From the NCBI GenBank assembly GCA_963840965.1, contig CAWJAW010000006.1, positions 342,356 to 406,355 on the forward strand: a stretch of DNA of 64,000 bases. The letters are read 5' to 3'. Position 1 is the stretch's first letter, and each line of letters starts with the position of its first letter. The position numbers and the translations under genes are program-made. The notes under the pieces were generated by a model. It did no database searches. It saw only the letters and a list, made by a program, of their open reading frames with translations, and was not told the DNA's origin. This document shows, piece by piece, positions 8,498 through 15,935 of this stretch. The stretch comes from an uncultured Bacteroidales bacterium. GTDB taxonomy: Bacteria; Bacteroidota; Bacteroidia; Bacteroidales; VadinHA17.

Positions 8498-9833
8498 ATG
8501 CAAAAAGTGCCTCACCGTGTCTGATATAAAGCACACCATTGTGGATGACAGGGTGTGCCCAGAATGGACCGGATCCGCCATTTATTTTAAAACTGCTTAC
8601 AAGATCAAACTTAGCAGGATCGGGTCTGAGCAATCCCACATTGCCACTACGTTCCTCGTAAATATACAGCATACCGTCGGCGGCTATAACCGACCCCTTG
8701 TTATTCCAGTGTTTGTCCCACATCTTTTCTCCGGTGTTCCAGTCGATGCAGCACCAGTTCCCGTTCCCATTGTTTATCCAGTTTGCTCCGTAGATAAAGC
8801 CATCAACCATGACAACACCTCCGTGGTGAACATCAAGTACATCATGTGTCCATACAGCTTTAGCACTTTTTCCATCATCGCCGATATCAATCATTAAGCC
8901 CCCGTGATCATAGCCTCCGGTCATATAGACCCTGTTCCCTGAGAAAAGGGGAGTGACACACAAGATCTGACCTGTATCGTCTATATCGGATTTCCCAAGA
9001 GCCTCCCTGTGGTTTATTTTCCAAAGGATTGTTCCGTCAGATACATTTACACCAAAAATGAAACGGGGTGTTATGTTAATCAGGATCCTGATACCGGCCT
9101 TCTCAATCAGAATAGGGGAAAGGTAGGATGCCGGATCATTAATGCTTTCGGACCTCCAGATCACGTCGCCGGAATTCTTGTCAAAAGCAATGGTGGTGGT
9201 CTGAGGACCTCCGGAGGTGTAATAAATTTTGTCACCATCAATAATGGGCGATTCTGCTATTCCCCAGGGTCCGTAGGTGCCTCCATTCTCCTCACTTGCT
9301 TTCCTCGACCAGATTATTTCCCCCGAAATACCGTTTATGCATGCAAGGTCTCCAAATCCGCTCGTTACATATATTCTGTCGCCATCAACAGCAGGGGTAC
9401 ACCTGGTTTCAGGATACGATTTTTCCCAGAATCTGCCGTATGGAGTTTTCCATTTTATTTTTCCTGTGGGATCAAGTGCAATAAGAACATCGTTTGGTTC
9501 TTCAAGACCGGTGATGTAAATAGTATTATTCCCGAAAGTAACCGAGGAGTGGCCCTTGGGAAGTTCCGTATTCGACCATATCAGGGCTGGTCCGTCTTCG
9601 GGCCATGACTTCATCAGCCCTGTTTCGGCTGAGATACCTGTTCTGTTTGCTTCCCTCCATCCGGTAACCTTGCCATCATCTATCTGCACCGTTGTATTTT
9701 CAGACCTGTTTGCGAATGTGACGTCATTTTTTGTTTTGGTGACACCGGGATCGGAAAAGAAAAGGTAAAAAATCCCATACCCTATGGCTCCGATTATGAT
9801 AAGAGAGAGCACTATGATCAATATACGCTTCAT
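8478..9833 (-). CDS. Membrane-anchored PQQ-like beta-propeller repeat protein
   Basis: 451-aa ORF with an N-terminal anchor (MKRILIIVLSLIIIGAIGYGIFYLFF). Blades: GISGEIIWS, KNSGDVIWR, VSDGTILWK, WNTGEKMWD. It is a paralogue of the 9865-11127 product. Confidence 0.8.
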   Translation of the reverse strand: MKRILIIVLSLIIIGAIGYGIFYLFFSDPGVTKTKNDVTFANRSENTTVQIDDGKVTGWREANRTGISAETGLMKSWPEDGPALIWSNTELPKGHSSVTFGNNTIYITGLEEPNDVLIALDPTGKIKWKTPYGRFWEKSYPETRCTPAVDGDRIYVTSGFGDLACINGISGEIIWSRKASEENGGTYGPWGIAESPIIDGDKIYYTSGGPQTTTIAFDKNSGDVIWRSESINDPASYLSPILIEKAGIRILINITPRFIFGVNVSDGTILWKINHREALGKSDIDDTGQILCVTPLFSGNRVYMTGGYDHGGLMIDIGDDGKSAKAVWTHDVLDVHHGGVVMVDGFIYGANWINNGNGNWCCIDWNTGEKMWDKHWNNKGSVIAADGMLYIYEERSGNVGLLRPDPAKFDLVSSFKINGGSGPFWAHPVIHNGVLYIRHGEALFAYDIKEK

Positions 9834-9864
9834 ATTTTTGAATTTTCAATTTATACAAAGATAA

Positions 9865-11127
9865 CTATCTCGCCTTTAAATTAAATACCCCAAGGTATTC
9901 TCCGTGCCTGATGAACAACCGGCCTTTGCTAATTACCGGATGAGACCAGTATGGACCTGTACCCTTTGTAATACGGAACTGGCTTACCACATCGAGCTTT
10001 TCCTTGCCGGGTTTCACCAGACCTACATTTCCGGTGCGTTCTTCATAAATATAAAGCATTCCGTCGGCGGAAATAACTGATCCCTTATTGTGCCAATCGT
10101 TTATCCAGAGTGTTTTTCCGGTATTCCAGTCAACGCAAATCCATTTTCCCATTGAATTGTTATCATGAGTTGAACTGAAAATAAGGTCGCCAAGAAGTAC
10201 AGCGCCTCCGACATGAGGAGTAAGATCAGTGTTTTTCCATACAACGGTGGGAGCGGATCCGTCAGGATTGATCTTCAGTTTCACGGCAACCTGAGAGTAA
10301 CCGTTTGCAACAAGAAGAAATCCGTCGCGGTAGATTGGGGTGTTAATATGATTTCTTCGACCGCCCTGCTGTGCATTCAGACCTTCATAATCAACTTTCC
10401 AGAGAAGTTTTCCATCGGCTGTATTTATGCCAAGGATGCTCTTTGTTGTGACTGTAACAAGTATTTTCTTGCCTCCTGATTCGAAAACGAGCGGGTTTAC
10501 ATACTGGGTATCCTCATTTACTGGAGTTGTTGTCCATACAACTTTCCCGTCAGAGGTGTTGAATGCAACTGCTGCAGCAGCATTGCCTCCGGGGGTTCCG
10601 ATTACCTTGTTGTCCACAACCACCGGTGACTCCGAAATGCCAAATCTGGGCGCCGAAGCGTTATATTTCTGAAAGTAATTTACTGACCATACTATTTTCC
10701 CGTCAGTTCCAATGCAGACCATGTCGCCTGAACCACTGACAAGATAGAGCCTGCCGTTGGAATAGGTAGCGGTGCTTCGTGTATCGGGATAGTTACTGTC
10801 GGAAGATTTTCCGTATCGTGTTGACCATTTTACCTTCCCATCCTGGGTAAAGGCCGTAAGGTAGTCATCATCGCCTTTCCGTCCGGTGATATAAACCACA
10901 TCACCGGTCACAGTTGCACTCGAATAACCGGTACCGGCTTCCGATGATTCCCAAAGCAGTGATAGTCCGGCAGAAGGCCAGTTTTTCAGCAGCGACGACT
11001 CGGAATAAATACCGGTTCGGCCGCTGCCCCGCCATTCATTTACAGACTGTGAGTTAACCTGTAAAACGAAAATAAAGGTCAATAGACCCTGGATCAGTAG
11101 AAATTTAGTTTTTGCTGACATAATCAA
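9865..11127 (-). CDS. Secreted PQQ-like beta-propeller repeat protein (first gene of operon)
   Basis: 420-aa ORF with a signal peptide (KFLLIQGLLTFIFVLQVNSQ). Blades: GTDGKIVWS, TSDGKVVWT, TADGKLLWK, WNTGKTLWI. The C-terminal ~80 aa are near-collinear with the 8478-9833 product. Confidence 0.8.
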   Translation of the reverse strand: MIMSAKTKFLLIQGLLTFIFVLQVNSQSVNEWRGSGRTGIYSESSLLKNWPSAGLSLLWESSEAGTGYSSATVTGDVVYITGRKGDDDYLTAFTQDGKVKWSTRYGKSSDSNYPDTRSTATYSNGRLYLVSGSGDMVCIGTDGKIVWSVNYFQKYNASAPRFGISESPVVVDNKVIGTPGGNAAAAVAFNTSDGKVVWTTTPVNEDTQYVNPLVFESGGKKILVTVTTKSILGINTADGKLLWKVDYEGLNAQQGGRRNHINTPIYRDGFLLVANGYSQVAVKLKINPDGSAPTVVWKNTDLTPHVGGAVLLGDLIFSSTHDNNSMGKWICVDWNTGKTLWINDWHNKGSVISADGMLYIYEERTGNVGLVKPGKEKLDVVSQFRITKGTGPYWSHPVISKGRLFIRHGEYLGVFNLKAR

Positions 11128-11276
11128 GTATTTAAGTGTTGTGCCCGCAATATATAAAAACTCCTACAACCAAGTATAAAATCATGCTTATCAGCACCTT
11201 CCATAAACCAATATTTAATGTTTTTTAACATCTTTTCAGCTTTCAATTTTGCAATCTCAACTCAAGAACACCAGCA

Positions 11277-12032
11277 TCATGTATTCCTGACTATCCATGC
11301 CTTGAACCCTGCTGCCCTGTTCTTGCTGACATAAATCCGCTCAGGGGTCTCAACATCCAGAGTAACAAGCAAACGGCTGTCGAACCAGATCGTCAGATTC
11401 CTGACACTGTTCCGGGCAACGATGAATTGTTTGTTCGCCCTGATGAATTCCTCCGGATTCAATGTCGACTCAATCTGATCAAGCGTCCCGGGATAGGAAT
11501 ACCAGCTGCCGTTCTTCAGGCAGACTCTGGTGTTCTTGTCGGTGGTATAGAAGCATGACACCTCGTCCATACCTACCGGCTGAAGCTTGTCCCGTACAGG
11601 AATCAGAATTTTGTCCCGGTGTGACTTCCAGGGTACAAGCTGGCTGAGTTGGTCCAGGTATTTGACAATATCCTGCCTGGTGAGCTTCCTGAATTTTTCC
11701 AGTGCCCGTTTTAGGTCATCCGTTTTTATCGGCTTAAGCAGATAATCAATACTGTTGACCCTGAACGCTTCGATGGCGTACTGATCAAAAGCAGTCGTGA
11801 AAATGACAGGAGTCTCAATGGTCAGCTTGTCAAAAATTGAAAAAGCAGATCCGTCGGACAGGTGGATATCCATCAGGATCAGATCGGGCATAGTATTGTT
11901 TTTTAACCACCTGACAGTCTGACTTATACTTTCAGTATAGCCGGCAACCTCAGTTTCAGGTTCAATTTCCTTCAGTATCTCTACAAGATTCTCGTAGGCC
12001 GCAGTTTCGTCTTCCACAATCAGTATTCTCAT
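11277..12032 (-). CDS. LytTR-family response regulator
   Basis: REC domain (MRILIVEDE, DLILMDIHLSDGSAF) plus a C-terminal LytTR-like DNA-binding domain (FIRANKQFIVARNSVRNL). Confidence 0.9.
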   Translation of the reverse strand: MRILIVEDETAAYENLVEILKEIEPETEVAGYTESISQTVRWLKNNTMPDLILMDIHLSDGSAFSIFDKLTIETPVIFTTAFDQYAIEAFRVNSIDYLLKPIKTDDLKRALEKFRKLTRQDIVKYLDQLSQLVPWKSHRDKILIPVRDKLQPVGMDEVSCFYTTDKNTRVCLKNGSWYSYPGTLDQIESTLNPEEFIRANKQFIVARNSVRNLTIWFDSRLLVTLDVETPERIYVSKNRAAGFKAWIVRNT

Positions 12033-12037
12033 AGCGA

Positions 12038-13078
12038 CTATTTAAGAGGAAGATAAACGGTAAAAGTTTTGCCATCATTATCGATACGTATCTTCCGGTT
12101 CAGCAGCAGCAAGAATCGGCTTTCAAGGTTTTTGAGTCCGGTGCCGTTGGTTTCAGAGGGCACAAGCTTCGGATAAATGGGATTCGAAACCGCAAGCTCA
12201 AAGACGTCATTGAGCCATATCCTTACCTCCATCTTATGCTCACTGTCGATTGTGTTGTGAAGGACAATATTCTCAAGAAGAGGAAGAAGTGAAAGGACAG
12301 GTATCTTCAGATCGCGTTTATCAAACGGGACTTCTGCAGTGAATACAAGTTTTCTGGCAAAGCGGACTTCCATCATATAGCTGAAAGCTTTCAGAAAATC
12401 GAGCTCATCGGCAAGATTAACCATTACTTTTCTGTCGCTCTGAAGGATATAACGAAAAACATCCGAAAGCTTATTTACATATTCAAGAGTGAGTTCCTCG
12501 TTCTTCTTGCGTATCAGCAAGGTGAGTCCGTTAAGTGAGTTGAAGAAGAAATGTGGATTGATCTGATTGGTAAGTGCATTATATTGGCTTTCGAGATTTT
12601 CGATTCGCAGTTGCTCAATCTCATGCTCTTTTCTTCTCTGTTCCGAAACCAGGAATGTAATGTGACCTACAAGCATTGAAAAAATCAGAATCACAAAGAA
12701 CTGAAACAGAAGCAGTCCTGTAAACCATTCCTGTTTGGGGTTAAGAACCAGTGAAAACCCTATATAGATCCCGTAAGAGACCAGAGTAATCACCAAGCTG
12801 TAAACCAAACGTTTACTGAAAAAAAGAGTTTTCAGTTTCCTCAGATTGACACTTATCAGCAACCATGTCAGACAAGCAAAATATAGGTATCTGAAGATGA
12901 AGAAAAAAAGATGCACAGCATGCTTTGACTCCCCTAGATGATCACGTTCCATGGAAAAGAACGTGATATTGGGATAGATGAAGAACACCGAGCATATAAG
13001 ACTTAACAAAAACAGCCTGAGAGGAGTAATTTTCTCCGGAAGATTCGTTTCGTCCAGCTTTTTAAAAAGAGTTTTCAT
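12038..13078 (-). CDS. LytS/YehU-type sensor histidine kinase
   Basis: Multi-TM N-terminus. His_kinase (PF06580-type) signature NPHFFFNSLNGL, followed by an ATPase region. It lies 5 nt upstream of the response regulator. Confidence 0.85.
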   Translation of the reverse strand: MKTLFKKLDETNLPEKITPLRLFLLSLICSVFFIYPNITFFSMERDHLGESKHAVHLFFFIFRYLYFACLTWLLISVNLRKLKTLFFSKRLVYSLVITLVSYGIYIGFSLVLNPKQEWFTGLLLFQFFVILIFSMLVGHITFLVSEQRRKEHEIEQLRIENLESQYNALTNQINPHFFFNSLNGLTLLIRKKNEELTLEYVNKLSDVFRYILQSDRKVMVNLADELDFLKAFSYMMEVRFARKLVFTAEVPFDKRDLKIPVLSLLPLLENIVLHNTIDSEHKMEVRIWLNDVFELAVSNPIYPKLVPSETNGTGLKNLESRFLLLLNRKIRIDNDGKTFTVYLPLK

Positions 13079-13258
13079 TAAGTGTGCTCCAGTAAGGTCA
13101 GAGTCCCATGGTTCAGTCCTTTGCCCATTATTAATTGATTATTCCGTAAAGTGTCAGATTCATACAAATTTCACCTTTAAATTCTCCTTTGTTCGCCTGT
13201 AAGGCGTAAAAAAGAAAAAAAGATTCCTGATCACGAATAGAGTGATGTATCATATGGA

Positions 13259-15079
13259 TTAATCAGGTTTATTTTTTACAGTTCCATGATATCTTAAGTA
13301 TTTCCGCAGGGCTTCAACATGGTAAATAATCGGGTACAGCTCTTCGTCATACCACAGCATGGCAAAATAAAGGCCTATTGGGGCAGCATTAATATCAATC
13401 CGGTCAAGAAGCCAGCTAATCCCCCTCGAAGACTCCTCAGGGTATACCTCTGCAAGAGCGCTTATTGCCAGTGATGTCTCTTCCACCGAGCCTTCAGTCC
13501 CTGACTTCCCGCCCCAGCTACCCTCGATGTTTTGCTGTTTCAGAAGAAATTCCTGCGCTTTCCTTACCATAATATCTATCCTGTTGATGTATTCTTTTCC
13601 AGGACGTTTAAATCGGAGTGAATCGCTAAGGTAGATACAAACCTTGGCAGTGCCGTACACAGGATTTGTTTTGTCATCTGTCATCTGGTTTCCAAACCAC
13701 AACGGCAGCCATGATCCGTCATCCGACTGGTGCTTTTCCAGGTAAACGGTTGCCTTTGAGATAGTCCTGTCAATAGTGGCAAGCAGCTTTTTGTCCATTC
13801 TGTCATGAAGGACCTCGGCCGATTTCAGCAAAGCAAGCAATGCATGTCCGGTCAGATCGGCGCAGCTGCGGTCAAATGGCAGTTTACCCCAACCCTTGCA
13901 GAAGGTAGGAAATCCTCCGTCGCTATTTTGGAGTTTTATAAGCCATCTGCAACCATTTTCAACGGCAGATATTTCAGTCTTTTTCCCTGAAAAGAGAAGC
14001 AGTAGGGAAATGATAGCCCCCGGAGTGTCGTCGGCGTCAGGAACAGAGCCTGAATAGTTTGTCCAGCCCCAGCCGCCAGGAGATGCTCCATTGAAAGGAT
14101 GGATGGTTTTATACTGAAGTTTCAGGAGGTGATCCCGGAGGATATCGATTTCCTTTTGTTTCAAAGCAATGTTTATATCTTTCCCCATGGCCTTGATTGA
14201 AAGGGTGGTCACCCAGGTCGACAGATCCGTGTCGATCGGCCATCCGCCGTCCTCCCGCTGCTGGTTCCGAAGGAAACCAAGTCCCTTACGAACTGTATCA
14301 TTTTCGGTCTCTCCGCATTGAATAAGACACATAGCCACAAAACCTGTCAGCGGAATGGCTTCAAGAAAGCCTCCGCTTTCGGGAAGGAGTCCGTCCAGTT
14401 TTCTGATAGCAGGCCCTATGAGTTTCTCCCGTATCTGTCTGATTCCGGGTATGCCTGAGCTTCTCTTGCGGTGATGGTATATTCCAACGCCGATGAGGGC
14501 AGGGAGTGCATAGCTGACAACCTTTAAATTCAGGAACCTGTATAAGGAATCAGGCAGCAGGGTAAGCTCAAAGGGCAGGCGCGGAATCTTATCGAGTGAA
14601 GATGCGGGTAAAACGCCGCAAAGTGTAAGCATCGATAATATAGGAACCGAAAAAGTGTAATCATTTCCGTAAATATCCAGGATTGAACTAACAACACCCG
14701 AAGAATCCATTTTGATCCCGTAACCCGCCAACCAGTTATCCATTGCAGCAATAACATGTTTTCCCGAATCTCCGTCCTGACAGAAGTGAACTGCAGAGTA
14801 GCAAAGAAGAGTGGTGCTCAGGTTGCTTACCGATTCCGGAGTATCGCCATAACCTCCGTCTGCATTTATATTGCTGCAAAGCCATGTAAAACCTTTCTCA
14901 ACTCTTCCTGGATCGGCAGGTTCTTCTGACAGCTTCAAGGCAACTATCGACACTGATGTCGATAGTGCGCTTGTCGATAAACGGCCTGTCCAGAATCCCT
15001 CAGAATTGCGTTTTGCTATAAGGAGAGCAGCAAGTTCGTTGTATCTTTGAGTAATTCTATCCATGTCGGTATTAATCAT
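13259..15079 (-). CDS. Squalene-hopene-cyclase-like class II terpene cyclase
   Basis: 606-aa ORF. It has at least four QW-type repeats (KGLGFLRNQQREDGGW, NGCRWLIKLQNSDGGF, KATVYLEKHQSDDGSW, KAQEFLLKQQNIEGSW). A DxDD-type acid motif, VPDADDTPG, is encoded at 14027-14038. Confidence 0.8.
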   Translation of the reverse strand: MINTDMDRITQRYNELAALLIAKRNSEGFWTGRLSTSALSTSVSIVALKLSEEPADPGRVEKGFTWLCSNINADGGYGDTPESVSNLSTTLLCYSAVHFCQDGDSGKHVIAAMDNWLAGYGIKMDSSGVVSSILDIYGNDYTFSVPILSMLTLCGVLPASSLDKIPRLPFELTLLPDSLYRFLNLKVVSYALPALIGVGIYHHRKRSSGIPGIRQIREKLIGPAIRKLDGLLPESGGFLEAIPLTGFVAMCLIQCGETENDTVRKGLGFLRNQQREDGGWPIDTDLSTWVTTLSIKAMGKDINIALKQKEIDILRDHLLKLQYKTIHPFNGASPGGWGWTNYSGSVPDADDTPGAIISLLLLFSGKKTEISAVENGCRWLIKLQNSDGGFPTFCKGWGKLPFDRSCADLTGHALLALLKSAEVLHDRMDKKLLATIDRTISKATVYLEKHQSDDGSWLPLWFGNQMTDDKTNPVYGTAKVCIYLSDSLRFKRPGKEYINRIDIMVRKAQEFLLKQQNIEGSWGGKSGTEGSVEETSLAISALAEVYPEESSRGISWLLDRIDINAAPIGLYFAMLWYDEELYPIIYHVEALRKYLRYHGTVKNKPD

Positions 15080-15935
15080 TCAGAGAGCCCAGTGCTAGCA
15101 GGCCATAAAAAGTATACTCGATATCAGGATCAGGATCAAGCGGATGACCTGAAAAACCGCCTTCCCTGAATAGTGAATCTACAAAATCCAGCGAGTCCGG
15201 CCGTACTTCCCTCAGGTCGTATCCTTCAAACCATAGAGCATACAGTGCTACGGCAGTTGAAAGAAGATCGGATAAAGGAGTGGACCTGGTTGCCCTGAAA
15301 CCTCCCTTTCCGTCATAATATGACATCAGTGCATTAATAAGTTTATCCACAGGTTCCCTGAAACTCTTGCTGAGAACCAGCGAGGCTGCAATAACAGGGC
15401 AGGGGAGGGTTTCATGTCCTGTAACTGACGATAGGTTTTGCCTGATCCGGAACAAGCTTCTGTAATCCCTCAGGTAATAAAAACTCATCATGCTCAGGAA
15501 CGATCCGTAAAGTTGTTGATCTTTCATTCCTGCAGACTGCCTCAGTTTTGTGCCGAAGGATTTTCTGAGAGACTTTGCCTGTCCGCTGACAGCCGACAAA
15601 ATTGCAGCACAATGTAGATATACTCCCTCCGGTTCCTTCCGGCTGATCTCCGAGCTGACATAGGGCCAGACCAGTGAGCACTCCTGTTTCATTCCAAGTG
15701 CATCCGCAACAAACCAGCCAAAAAGAGTGTAATAAAGATCAGGATTCCCTGCCCTGTCCTTAAATCCGCCCGACTCTGCCTGTGAATTTCTGACGTAATC
15801 CCTCAGGCTGGCAGCAAATGCTGGGTCGAGAAGGTTCAGGGAAAGCTTCAGAATTTTTTCAGGACTTTTCCCTTCAAACTTCTTTAGATAAGGAGCTGCA
15901 AGAAGCCTATACATAATCTCCGAAAGTTTTTCCAA
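15072..15935 (-). CDS. Prenyltransferase/squalene-oxidase-repeat (alpha/alpha toroid) protein, half-size
   Basis: 287-aa ORF with spaced GGF repeats (AESGGFKD, GKGGFRA, REGGFSG) typical of prenyltransferase beta-subunit/terpene-cyclase toroids. I saw no DxDD motif. The start may be M at 15914, which gives an 8-nt overlap (ATGTATAG). Confidence 0.6.
   Translation of the reverse strand: MEKLSEIMYRLLAAPYLKKFEGKSPEKILKLSLNLLDPAFAASLRDYVRNSQAESGGFKDRAGNPDLYYTLFGWFVADALGMKQECSLVWPYVSSEISRKEPEGVYLHCAAILSAVSGQAKSLRKSFGTKLRQSAGMKDQQLYGSFLSMMSFYYLRDYRSLFRIRQNLSSVTGHETLPCPVIAASLVLSKSFREPVDKLINALMSYYDGKGGFRATRSTPLSDLLSTAVALYALWFEGYDLREVRPDSLDFVDSLFREGGFSGHPLDPDPDIEYTFYGLLALGSLND

Noticed and set aside
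7037-8581. The long N-terminal extension of the third propeller ORF (MADPVHSGHTLSS...).
   Set aside because: It would overlap the upstream gene by about 100 nt. The Met at 8497 is immediately followed by a positively charged stretch and a TM anchor, as in its paralogues.
2385-11127. Calling the four propeller proteins PQQ-dependent dehydrogenases.
   Set aside because: Only the generic repeat signature is visible. At 420-574 aa, anchored and without obvious cofactor-binding motifs, they fit the BamB-like/PQQ_2 repeat class, which does not imply PQQ catalysis.
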